DNA from: a virus
Length of the DNA stretch: 64,000 nucleotides
Virus record (IMG/VR): IMGVR_UViG_3300048694_001005
Coordinates: 64,001 to 128,000 of that record
Strand: one strand, 5' to 3'
In this document: one piece after another, positions 40,948-50,700 of the stretch
Layout of the letters: each line of letters opens with the position of its first letter
Position numbering within the stretch: position 1 is the stretch's first letter
Made by a program: the position numbers and the translations under genes
Notes under the pieces: model-generated
What the model was told of the DNA's origin: nothing
Database searches by the model: none
Seen by the model: only the letters and a program-made list of their open reading frames with translations

Positions 40948-42327
40948 TTATAAAACTATAGACCAACGCCCGTTTTTATATTCACCTTCGTAACTGCGAA
41001 TCCAATGACTACCGGTCCATTTATATTGTTGATTAGTTGCAATATTTGTTACGTATTTAATTTCCAAAGTTTCCCTAGAATCTAAACTTACTACCCATTG
41101 AGTACCATTATATTGAATAATATCGTTGGCATTGGCAACAAGATCCTGTGACCCTGTGCCTTTCCAAGCATCTGCACCATCAATATTGGCCGCATCACCT
41201 ATGCTTTGCGTCAAAATGTAACGTTGCCCTGTAGTTGCTGCTGGTAATCCTGCGCCAGGACCTTTAGTAAGTGGATTAATTATAGCATTAACCGCAGCTT
41301 CTGTGTCAACAGGTATGGTATCTTGATTTACTGTAAACAATAATACACTATCATCAGTAGGATGAAATGCCACCGTACCAATTACTTCTGTTTCCTCATC
41401 GCTCTGCAACAAACGAATTTGGCTTATACCCTCCGTGAGTTTACCATACACATTGATTAGAGCACGCCAATTGTCTCTTGTACCGTTTTTGCTTAAGTTT
41501 GGATTAGTTGTATCCTGGTATTTTAGTAGAGTAAGTTGATTACCATTTAGTATAACGCCATAGTTCATGGGTGTATAGTAAGAACGATTGCCTAACAAGG
41601 TCCATTGATCAATATTGTCTAGATTTAAATTGCCATGAGCATCATATATGCCGCCTATGATTTTTTGTATCACGCCCAGTTTTTTAATTTTCACTGGTGC
41701 GCTGATCCAGATTGGCATTTCAAAAGTATATGTAAAGATGTCTATTGGGTCATCAGTGCCAACCGGGATAGATCTACTGCTCCAGCTGGTATCAGTTAAT
41801 GTGACTACACTTAAACTGGTCCAGTCAACGTAGTTGTCTGTACTTTGTACTTCGATACTGGGGTTAAACAACCAACCTAACTGTTCAATAATTTGCAGTT
41901 TTTGTTCTGTATTGCTGGTCCATATATCTGCCTTAATTGTTAGCTTATATGGAGCCGGCATTAATCGCTCAATAGTAAAAGCGTTACCCTGCGTAGTTTG
42001 ATATTCACCGGTATGCTCGTCATAAGCACGTTCTCTTATGTGCATATTGCTAACAAAATAGGGATTCTGTACACGCTCACGATCATAGGCTAGTCCAGAA
42101 ATATAACAACTAATCATGGGCACTGTGTTTAAAGTATTTTCGCTATTATTGCGAAGAATATTTGCAGCTTGACGGCTACTGTCGCCATAACGTGCAGGAA
42201 CTCTTTGCAATGTTACATTTCCCTCGGTGTCCTTGCCAAATTGAACTTGAAAGTTACTCATCAGTCTTATAAACTGTATAAGGTAACGTTTGATTTGCTC
42301 ATCATAAAAAAATGGAACTGCGGTCAT
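40948..42327 (-). CDS. gp15: Tail sheath stabiliser/terminator (gp15-like)
   Basis: FFYDEQIKRYLIQFIRLMSNFQV, VPARYG, P.ISCYI.GL.YD.ER, MPAPYKL, QIIEQL..LFNP. Confidence 0.75.
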   Translation of the reverse strand: MTAVPFFYDEQIKRYLIQFIRLMSNFQVQFGKDTEGNVTLQRVPARYGDSSRQAANILRNNSENTLNTVPMISCYISGLAYDRERVQNPYFVSNMHIRERAYDEHTGEYQTTQGNAFTIERLMPAPYKLTIKADIWTSNTEQKLQIIEQLGWLFNPSIEVQSTDNYVDWTSLSVVTLTDTSWSSRSIPVGTDDPIDIFTYTFEMPIWISAPVKIKKLGVIQKIIGGIYDAHGNLNLDNIDQWTLLGNRSYYTPMNYGVILNGNQLTLLKYQDTTNPNLSKNGTRDNWRALINVYGKLTEGISQIRLLQSDEETEVIGTVAFHPTDDSVLLFTVNQDTIPVDTEAAVNAIINPLTKGPGAGLPAATTGQRYILTQSIGDAANIDGADAWKGTGSQDLVANANDIIQYNGTQWVVSLDSRETLEIKYVTNIATNQQYKWTGSHWIRSYEGEYKNGRWSIVL

Positions 42328-43466
42328 GTTATTTTATTCCTGTTGCTTAGGGCTTTACTTAGACCCTGTCGACTTTGAACTGTCTCGCCACCTACTGTTA
42401 CATTCGCAGTATTGTTAGCGAATGCAGCTTTGAAGTTAGTACCACTGCCAGGCGTGTAATTATCACGAACTGCGTCTTCAACTTTAACCCAGCGTCGGCC
42501 ATCAAATCTAAATAATCTATGTGGCAAATAATCCATACGCAGTGCATATTCCCCCACAGTGGGATTGTCGGGAAAGTTGATGCCGCTGGTAACCGGAAAA
42601 CCGTTAGGCGCTAACCCATCACCTGTTAAATATCCTTCAATGCTTTTGTCTGGTGTAGTCACTGCGGTATCCACAGTACTGCCATCAGCGCCGATTACTG
42701 TTTCAGGATTTCCCTGTATGTCATTTTCAACTGGTACTGTATACAACTGAGTTGTGTCGTAACCGCTTTGTGGTGTTTCTGCTTCTGCTTGAGTTACAAC
42801 AGCGTCATTTATATTAATATTTTTGTCGTATGTGCTTAAAATTTGCGCCAAGGTATCAGTAGTATCTTCGCCTGCGGTAATATTATTCAATATATCTTTG
42901 TATTCTTGGCTATCAACAAGTGGTGTAATTTTTGCACGTAATAAATGTGGCCACCAAGTTGGACTATAGCCTTCACTGGCAAACGCTACATCCTGAACTA
43001 CATAATAACGCTTCAATGCTACAGGTATGGTCTCGTCCAGGCTCCAATAATCCTTTTTGTGTTGCAGCTCTAATACGTCACCACTTAGCAATTTTCTGCC
43101 TAAAATCTCTACTGTATCTTTTATATGGAAAACTATGAACAGGGTATCGTTGCTAAGGAAAATACCAAACTGCTCCAAGTTAAAATCAACATCTGCGGTT
43201 TGGTATATGCCGCGTAGATTGTAGACGCTGGTATCATATTTCCTATCTCTATTTTCTAAGAACAATAGATCCTGTATATTTTGTGCTGATTGGTTAATGT
43301 AGTCCGGCTTGGTAGCATCTGTGCTGCCAGTTTGCTGGATTGGGCCTAGATATTTGTGTACATTAATGCCAGTACCGCCTATCGTGAACATTTCACTGAT
43401 ACGGCTATCTATAAATTTGTAGTCTTTGCTGTGGGCACCATTCTGCCAAAGCGATAATCTGGGCAA
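42324..43466 (-). CDS. gp14: Neck / head-completion protein (gp14-like)
   Basis: IQDLLFLENRDRKYD..LRGIY..DFNLEQFGIFL..DTLFIVFH..GDVLEL..FASEG; TTG start; co-transcribed with gp15-like gene. Confidence 0.65.
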   Translation of the reverse strand: MPRLSLWQNGAHSKDYKFIDSRISEMFTIGGTGINVHKYLGPIQQTGSTDATKPDYINQSAQNIQDLLFLENRDRKYDTSVYNLRGIYQTADVDFNLEQFGIFLSNDTLFIVFHIKDTVEILGRKLLSGDVLELQHKKDYWSLDETIPVALKRYYVVQDVAFASEGYSPTWWPHLLRAKITPLVDSQEYKDILNNITAGEDTTDTLAQILSTYDKNININDAVVTQAEAETPQSGYDTTQLYTVPVENDIQGNPETVIGADGSTVDTAVTTPDKSIEGYLTGDGLAPNGFPVTSGINFPDNPTVGEYALRMDYLPHRLFRFDGRRWVKVEDAVRDNYTPGSGTNFKAAFANNTANVTVGGETVQSRQGLSKALSNRNKIT

Positions 43467-43490
43467 TTTAGTAAATCCTTAAATATCAAG

Positions 43491-43497
43491 TATTTAG
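43491..43497 (-). promoter_or_regulatory. Late promoter variant CTAAATA for neck/tail-completion operon
   Basis: TATTTAG on + strand, 24 nt upstream of TTG start at 43466. Confidence 0.55.
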
Positions 43498-43502
43498 CGG
43501 TA

Positions 43503-43531
43503 TTGACATGGTATCCAAAACCATATATAAT
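43503..43531 (+). promoter_or_regulatory. Perfect-consensus sigma70 promoter
   Basis: TTGACA (43503-43508), 17-nt spacer, TATAAT (43526-43531); GGAG SD before ATG 43561. Confidence 0.9.
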
Positions 43532-43560
43532 ACTGATACCATTTTAACATTGGAGAAGCA

Positions 43561-44733
43561 ATGAAACGAGCCAAACGTGTGGTCAAACTAACTGCGGATC
43601 AATTGGTGGACGAAAAATATATAGGTAAAGAGCCGGAATGGCATGGCAAGAAGTTCACTGATGCAGAGCTTGAGCATGCCATTATTCGTGGGCTTAATTA
43701 TTATGCACACTTTTTTAGTGGTCCCGAGTTTAAAAAGGAAATTGAAGCATGGCTGCAGGTTAACAGCAAGTTTACCAAAGCTCAAATAGAAGCTTATCGA
43801 AACAGTCCTGACGGCAAAAGTATCTCAACCCTGGGCGGTTTGGTGCGTATGCATACTCGTGGCGCACCGCTGCGACAGAAACATATTGATTACATTCTGC
43901 GCAAAGTGCAGGAAGTGTCGGCCAAAACTGACAGCGTTTTGGAAAAGATCCAAACGGAAACTGTGCCCGCAGTTAAAACAGGCAAAAAGGCTGTGGTCAA
44001 TTTGATTGATGGCATTCAAGCACGTATGCTTAATCAAGCTCGTGATATTGCGGGTGAAATTGATGGTGATTTGGACGATGCTGTTACCACAGGTGCAGGT
44101 AAGTTGGATGTTTACAAGTATTTGGTTGAGAAGCAAATTAGCCGTCCTGTTGCAGCCAAAATTCGTGCATTTTACGAAGGTGACTATGCTGAAATCAAGG
44201 CCAGCAAAGCCAAAGACGCTGATCCGCAATTGGCCGAAGCTTACGCCTTTCTCAAGGGCGCTAATCTAAAACGTGTTTTGGCTTGGTTTGAGAAAACGTT
44301 TAGCGACTTGGATAACTATGTCAAGCTGAAAAGCCTGGACAAGAAACCACGTAAACGTAAGGCCATTAGTGCAGAAAAAACGGTGAGCCGTATGAAGTTT
44401 TTGCGCGAATACAAAGAACTTAATTTGGTCAGTATTAGCCCTACAGAAATTGTAAAAGCTGAACAGCTCTGGGTCTTTAATACCAAGACTCGTAAACTGG
44501 GACGCTATGTAGCTGAATCCGGTAACACACTTACGGTCAAAGGCACTACGATTCAAAACTACAATGAGCGCGAAAGTATTGCTAAAACTGTGCGTAAACC
44601 CAAGGAAAAATTGCCAGAACTTATGAAGGCTGGCAAGGTCAACTTGCGCAAGTTTATGGATACGATCAAAGCTACCAGCACTAAACTAAACGGCAGGATC
44701 AACGCCGATACACTGTTGCTGCGTGTCGCATAA
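43561..44733 (+). CDS. Conserved hypothetical early protein, basic and helical
   Basis: 390-aa ORF with own sigma70 promoter, SD and terminator; C-terminal LWVFNTKTRKLGRY..GTTIQNY..KTVRKP..NGRINADTLLL domain; no function recognised. Confidence 0.8.
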   Translation: MKRAKRVVKLTADQLVDEKYIGKEPEWHGKKFTDAELEHAIIRGLNYYAHFFSGPEFKKEIEAWLQVNSKFTKAQIEAYRNSPDGKSISTLGGLVRMHTRGAPLRQKHIDYILRKVQEVSAKTDSVLEKIQTETVPAVKTGKKAVVNLIDGIQARMLNQARDIAGEIDGDLDDAVTTGAGKLDVYKYLVEKQISRPVAAKIRAFYEGDYAEIKASKAKDADPQLAEAYAFLKGANLKRVLAWFEKTFSDLDNYVKLKSLDKKPRKRKAISAEKTVSRMKFLREYKELNLVSISPTEIVKAEQLWVFNTKTRKLGRYVAESGNTLTVKGTTIQNYNERESIAKTVRKPKEKLPELMKAGKVNLRKFMDTIKATSTKLNGRINADTLLLRVA

Positions 44734-44756
44734 TAAAAGTCCTAAGTAGGTAATTT

Positions 44757-44784
44757 GATCCCGGGCATGACTCGGGATCTTTTT
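44757..44784 (+). terminator. Rho-independent terminator
   Basis: GATCCCG / CGGGATC stem followed by TTTTT, downstream of stop 44733. Confidence 0.8.
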
Positions 44785-44807
44785 GGGCCTAATTCCTATC
44801 ACAGCGC

Positions 44808-44814
44808 ATAAATA
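44808..44814 (+). promoter_or_regulatory. Late promoter ATAAATA
   Basis: After terminator, before AGGA SD and ATG 44831. Confidence 0.75.
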
Positions 44815-44830
44815 ACGGATAGGAAACCAT

Positions 44831-45880
44831 ATGGCCAGTATCGAAGAATTAAACAAATCCAAAGCACAATTACGCGCCAGAATACAAGATTATATAAGAT
44901 TGCGTCTGGGCGATGCCATGGTCGATGTTGAATTAGACGCAGAACATTACAACATGGCCATTGATCAGTCTATTCTACGTTATAGGCAACGTGCTGCAAA
45001 CGCGACAGAAGAAAGCTATGCCTTTCTAGATTTGGTTGGTGAGGTTCAGTCTTACACATTGCCACAGGAAATATTGGAAGTGCGTCAAGTATTCCGTCGT
45101 GGCATAGGCAGTGTAACTGGCACCACAGCAAGCCAGTTTGAACCATTTGCTTCTGGCTATTTGAATACTTATATGTTGGTAGCAGGTCGCGTTGGTGGAC
45201 TAGTCAACTATGAACTGTTTACTCAGTATCAAGAACTGGCAATGCGTATGTTTGGTGGACATGTGAACTTTACCTGGAACCGCGTGGGCAAACAATTAAC
45301 CATAGTTCGTAAAATGCCAAACTTGGGCGGCGCAAGTGGTACCGCTTCTGCTACTGCTATCGTTGGTGATATCATAACTGTAAGTGATACAAGAAAACTA
45401 ACGGTCAATGCTCCCATTACCTTCGTTAATACTACTTTTGGTAACGTAGAATCTGGCAAGCAATATTATGTAAAGTCTATACCAACCAATGGCGCACCAG
45501 GAACTATAACAATAAGTGATACTGTGGGGGGTACCGTAATTCAATTGGACGATGCAACTGGCAATATGAGTTGGGTCAGTGGTAATAAAGATCAAATATC
45601 AGAAACTGTATTGTTATGGTGCAATAACTATAAACCAGAGATAACCTTATTGCAAGATTATCAAATATTTCCCTGGGTTCAAGAATATGCTTTTGCTATT
45701 GCGAAACATACACTGGGAGAAGCGCGAGAAAAGTTCAATACTATAGCTAGTCCGCAGGGTGGCACAAGCCTAAATGGCGCCACGCTTAAAACAGAAGCTA
45801 AAGAATTAATGGATAAACTGGAAGAAGAATTGAAACTTTATGTAGATGGTTCTCAACCCTACTGGTTCGTGATTGGATAA
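44831..45880 (+). CDS. gp13: Neck / head-tail adaptor protein (gp13-like) with inserted beta domain
   Basis: YIRLRLG..VDVEL..EH...AID, Y.LPQEI.EVRQVF, WVQEYAFAIAK..LGEAREKF..P.GG.SLNG..LK.EA. Confidence 0.75.
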   Translation: MASIEELNKSKAQLRARIQDYIRLRLGDAMVDVELDAEHYNMAIDQSILRYRQRAANATEESYAFLDLVGEVQSYTLPQEILEVRQVFRRGIGSVTGTTASQFEPFASGYLNTYMLVAGRVGGLVNYELFTQYQELAMRMFGGHVNFTWNRVGKQLTIVRKMPNLGGASGTASATAIVGDIITVSDTRKLTVNAPITFVNTTFGNVESGKQYYVKSIPTNGAPGTITISDTVGGTVIQLDDATGNMSWVSGNKDQISETVLLWCNNYKPEITLLQDYQIFPWVQEYAFAIAKHTLGEAREKFNTIASPQGGTSLNGATLKTEAKELMDKLEEELKLYVDGSQPYWFVIG

Positions 45881-45884
45881 ACAT

Positions 45885-46271
45885 ATGAGAGCACGAGAAT
45901 TTATAGTTGAAACAGCACCTGACGGAAAAATGAAAGATGAACACAAAGCATCGCATACTGGTATGTGGCGTATGCGTGATGTTGGTGGCTATGATAGAAC
46001 TTACCACTTAAATCGTTTTATGATGGCTATGGCTATGTCAGATGGTAAAAGTACCGGCAAGATTGATGGTATAGATGCCAGTAGTTGGGTAGAGAAATTC
46101 AATATTGCTCATCCTTATACGCCACAGGAACACAATATGGTGGCCGCTGCAATGGCTACAATACCAACTGATGGTGAACAGCTCAGTGATGATTTAATGA
46201 GCCACGAAACCCCAGACGTCAATAAAACGAGTCCACTACCCAAAAAGAAAAAGAACCGTTACGGAGTTTAA
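45885..46271 (+). CDS. Hypothetical protein, putative internal head protein (paralog of 46272)
   Basis: Likely start 45885 (MRAREFIVE) just after neck stop; shares AMA, YT, VNK.SP.PK..KN..GV motifs with next gene. Confidence 0.7.
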   Translation: MRAREFIVETAPDGKMKDEHKASHTGMWRMRDVGGYDRTYHLNRFMMAMAMSDGKSTGKIDGIDASSWVEKFNIAHPYTPQEHNMVAAAMATIPTDGEQLSDDLMSHETPDVNKTSPLPKKKKNRYGV

Positions 46272-46640
46272 ATGAGATTTAAAGAAATCATGGAGCAGTT
46301 GGAGTTTCATAAAGATCACAAGGATGCTATTCCTGGTGCTGTAAAATCTGGTCTTGATGCAAATCCAGAAGGTCCCAGCAATTATTATCACAAATATAGG
46401 CTGGGTGTAGCAATGGCTGGCAGTCCAGAACATTTAGAGAATATAACTAATACTGGTCCTGCTTGCGATAACATGGTTACTTTGTCTTACACTGACGCTG
46501 ATCGTGACATCATTAAAAAAGCTCATAATAAAATGGGTTACCCATACAAAGAACTTACGTCCCAGGGTAGCAAAGAGCACGAGTCAGTAAACAAGGCAAG
46601 CCCAGTGCCCAAGCGTCGCAAAAATCAACACGGCGTATAA
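46272..46640 (+). CDS. Hypothetical protein, putative internal head protein (paralog of 45885)
   Basis: Starts MRFKEIME; ends VNKASPVPKRRKNQHGV versus VNKTSPLPKKKKNRYGV. Confidence 0.75.
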   Translation: MRFKEIMEQLEFHKDHKDAIPGAVKSGLDANPEGPSNYYHKYRLGVAMAGSPEHLENITNTGPACDNMVTLSYTDADRDIIKKAHNKMGYPYKELTSQGSKEHESVNKASPVPKRRKNQHGV

Positions 46641-46644
46641 AAAT

Positions 46645-46672
46645 TTGACACCGCAGATCCTGATGCTACAAT
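46645..46672 (+). promoter_or_regulatory. sigma70 promoter with extended -10
   Basis: TTGACA (46645-46650), 16-nt spacer containing TG, TACAAT (46667-46672), upstream of dNMP kinase. Confidence 0.75.
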
Positions 46673-46690
46673 AGCACAAAGGATCTAACT

Positions 46691-47338
46691 ATGAGCAAAA
46701 TCATTGCAGTATGCGGTTGGCAGGGGTCAGGTAAAGACACCATTGCTGACTATCTCGTAAACAACTATGGCTTTAGACGTGACAGCTTTGCCAGTACTCT
46801 CAAAGATGCGGTAAGTGTGATCTTTGGCTGGGACCGTGAGCTTTTGGAGGGTCGTACTAAAGCCAGCAGAGCTTGGCGTGAGCAAGTGGATCAGTGGTGG
46901 GCCGAGCATTTGAACATACCAGACCTAACCCCACGTTGGATATTGCAGCAGTGGGGCACTGAGGTAGGTCGTAGAGGCTTTCACGACAATATCTGGGTAG
47001 CTAGTTTGGAAAACAAACTACGCAAAACCACCGATGACATCGTGATTTCTGACTGTAGATTTCCCAATGAGATCGAAGCTTTACGCAATGCTGGTGCTAA
47101 ACTGGTGTGGGTTGAGCGTGGTGATAGGCCTGTTTGGTACGACTGGGCGGTACGCTATAACCGGGCCAATGATGAGCAGCGTACCATTATGCGCATCGTA
47201 GCCGATCTAGAAGAAAGCATGTTTCGGTACCGGATCCACGAAAGTGAGTGGGCTTGGGTTGGGCATGAGTTTGACTACAACATTGACAACAATGGTAGCT
47301 TGGAAGATCTATACACCCAAGTTCGTGCCATAGTTTAG
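46691..47338 (+). CDS. Deoxynucleoside monophosphate kinase (T4 gp1-like)
   Basis: IIAVCGWQGSGKDT P-loop; SFASTLKD; PRWILQQWGTEVGR; VISDCRFPNE; HESE. Confidence 0.9.
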   Translation: MSKIIAVCGWQGSGKDTIADYLVNNYGFRRDSFASTLKDAVSVIFGWDRELLEGRTKASRAWREQVDQWWAEHLNIPDLTPRWILQQWGTEVGRRGFHDNIWVASLENKLRKTTDDIVISDCRFPNEIEALRNAGAKLVWVERGDRPVWYDWAVRYNRANDEQRTIMRIVADLEESMFRYRIHESEWAWVGHEFDYNIDNNGSLEDLYTQVRAIV

Positions 47339-47688
47339 AAGTCTGGCACCAAATCTCCCTGAGCCCATCCCGTCTTACTTTTAACTATTTCCAGTTCGCA
47401 ATTTAGGCAAATAGTTTTTAAGTTAGTGGGATGGGTATCACCACGACGACCATTTATATGGTAAACGTGTAATTGCTCACGATACTTACTCTTAAAGCCA
47501 CATTTCTCACAGTAAGTTTTCTTCTTGTAGCCTGATCTCATCCAAGCAGGATTTTTAGCTAGCCCCAGTCTTGAGCAACGATCGCATTTGGATCGGTAGT
47601 AAGTGACGCCAGACCTGATTAAGTTAATAGCACAAGGTTTTTTCTGGCACACTGGACAAGTTGGTCTAATTTTTTCCCTTACTTTCAT
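47335..47688 (-). CDS. Small Zn-finger + HNH-like protein (true start probably 47688)
   Basis: CPVC/CDRC zinc ribbon, CEKC..HVYHING..NLKTICLNC; ATAAATA (47699-47693) 4 nt before ATG 47688. Confidence 0.7.
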   Translation of the reverse strand: MKVREKIRPTCPVCQKKPCAINLIRSGVTYYRSKCDRCSRLGLAKNPAWMRSGYKKKTYCEKCGFKSKYREQLHVYHINGRRGDTHPTNLKTICLNCELEIVKSKTGWAQGDLVPDF

Positions 47689-47758
47689 TCTGTATTTATT
47701 GAAAAACCTTAATATCACCTTACTTAGCTCCTAATCAGCACTGATTTTGGGGTTCTAA

Positions 47759-47765
47759 ATAAATA
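47759..47765 (+). promoter_or_regulatory. Late promoter ATAAATA for tail sheath
   Basis: Followed by GAGG SD and ATG 47792; back-to-back with minus-strand late promoter at 47693-47699. Confidence 0.75.
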
Positions 47766-47791
47766 TTGTTATTAACGTGAGGAACACAATT

Positions 47792-50700
47792 ATGGTATCA
47801 CTAGTATCCCCAGGAGTAAGTGTACAGGTTATTGACGAGAGCATTTATGCTCCAACAGCAGTGGCAACAGTGCCGCTAGTTATTTTTGCTTCAGCTCAGG
47901 ACAAAACTACGCCCAGTGGCACTACCGCTGCTGGAACGCTAATGGCCAATGCTGGTAAAACATACTTAATTAGCAGTCAGCGTGAACTAGTTTCTACATT
48001 CGGCACACCACAATTTTATAAAGACAGCAATGGTACGCCACTACATGGCTATGAAATTAACGAATACGGACTGATGGCTGCTTATAGCGCATTGGGCGTC
48101 AGCAATCGTGTTTACATGCTACGTGCAGACATTGATCTAGCACAGCTGGTTGGTACAAGTGTTCGTCCAACCGCAGCACCAGCAAATGGTACTGTATGGC
48201 TGGACCTAGCAGACACACGTTGGGGTCTGTTTGAGTGGGACGCAGATACAAAAACCTTCGTTAACATTGATAGCCCAACTTTGATCACATCTGTTAGCCA
48301 GCTTGTGGGTTCAGTAGTAACTGGTGCACCACTACAAACTATTGGCAGTGTGGGTGATTACGCTATTGTAGTAGCCAGCACACAAAATTCAGTTTACTAT
48401 AAATGCCATGACAACACTTGGCAAGAAGTTGGTAGCGATGATTGGTGTAGCCGTATTCCTGCTATCATCAGTGGTTATACTAACCCAAGTATTAACGCTT
48501 CGCATAGTTTGTTTATTAACACTCAGGAAGTTACTTTAACAGCAGCTACTATTGCTAATGTAGCCAGCAGAATTAATACAGCAGCTATAACTGGTATTAC
48601 TGCATTTAATGACAATGGTGTACTAAAAATTTGTGCAGACAGTACAGCAACCAGTGATGGCAGCACCGTGGACGGTCAAATTCACATTACTGCAGGTACT
48701 GGAACATTGTTGGCCAATTTAGGTATTACGGCAGGATTCTATAAACGCGCAACATTTGTAGCTCAGCCTCATACACAGGTTCCTTCTTGGAAAACCAGTG
48801 GTACCGATACTAGACCCAGTGGCAGTGTGTGGGCTAAAACAACTAGTCCAAATGCTGGTGCAAATTATGTGGTTAAGGTCTATAACTCTTTAACTAAAAC
48901 ATGGAATACGTCGGCAGCAACTCTGTCAGTTACAGAATCTAATCTAAACACAATATTAGATCCTGCTGGTGGTGGTGCCAATATTGCGCAGGGTTCTTTT
49001 GCAGTGATAGTAAACAGTATGAGACAATCACCAACTGTGGCGGAGTTTGAACTTCACACCCGTGCGGTTTATGGTGCTACGGTAATTACTGGCACGGCAA
49101 CTAATCCAACCCTAAGCACCCCAGCCAGTTTCACAATTGGTACTAGTGTAGTTGGTGGCACCAGTATTACTAATACTACTTCGGTAACTGTTCCCAGTTC
49201 TAGCCTTGTTGATCTAGTTACCGCAATTCAATCACTTAATATTGAAAACTTAACAGTATCTATAACAACTGCTGGTGCTATACAGTTTACTCATACCAAA
49301 GGCGGAAATATTGTGTTTAATAACACAAGCGGAACTCCGTTGACGACATTGGGTATCACTAGCAGCACACCTTATGTAACTTTGAGAGCAAACGGAACTC
49401 TTGCTGGCAGCAATTGGGTAGCAGCTACCTATACAGCAAGCATGGAAACACCCAGCACTGATCCTGAGACTGGTACATATTGGTACGACAGTGTTACCAA
49501 TGAAGTTGATATTATGATTCACGATGGTAATACATGGAAAGGTTATAAAAACGTAACCAACGATGCTCGTGGATATAATCTATTCAACACAGATCCAGCT
49601 GGTCCCATTGTTAGTGCAAGCGAACCAGAAACACAAACAGATGGTTCAGCATTGGTATACGGTGATCTGTGGATTGATACCAGTGATTTGGAAAATTATC
49701 CTAAGATTTATCGTTATGATAATGTCAGTGGCATGGGCAAATGGCAGTTGATTGACAACACTGATCAAACTACTGAAAACGGTATTTTATTTGCAGATGC
49801 CCGTTGGGCAACTAACGGCACCACTGATGTAATTACCGATGACAAACCCACCATTGTATCACTACAAAGCAGCAATCATTTGGATATTGATGCACCAGTT
49901 GCAGCAAACTATCCACGTGGCATGTTGTTGTGGAATACACGTCGTAGTGGCTACAATGTTAAAAAGTTTGTTTACAATTACTTCAATGCTACGGACTTTC
50001 CAGATGATACGTTGCCAGACTACACTAATGCATGGGTAAATGCCAGCGGAAACAGAAACGACGGCAGCCCATACATGGGACGCAAAGCAGCTCGCGTAAT
50101 CATTACTAGTGCAATGGCCGCTGTGGTTAGTACCAGCACTGAAATACGTGAAGAACAACGTAATTTTAATTTGATCACTTGCCCAGGTTATCCTGAACTA
50201 GCTGATGAAATGATTGCGTTGAATAACGATCGCAAATCTACTGCGTTCATTATTGCTGATACTCCTATGCGTTTAGCAGCAAATGGTACTGTATTGCAGA
50301 ACTGGGCACTGGGCAATGATTATGACAGCATTACAAATGCTGATCCATATGTTGGCGTCTTTTATCCTAGCGGTGTAACTAGCAATCCATTTACAACTGG
50401 TAATGCAGAAATTTTGGTACCACCAAGTCATATGGCATTGCGTGTTATTATTCGCAACGATGATGTGGCATTCCCCTGGTTTGCGCCAGCAGGATTACGT
50501 CGTGGATTAGTTGATAATGCTACTCGTGTAGGTTATATTGATGCAGCTACGGGTGAGCTACAGACGGTGGGTATTACCGAAGCACTGCGTGATACACTTT
50601 ATGAGAACAAGATCAATCCAATTACTTACTTGCCTGGAACAGGCCTAGTAGTGTATGGACAAAAGACCTTGAACCCATACGCCAGCGCACTGGATCGCAT

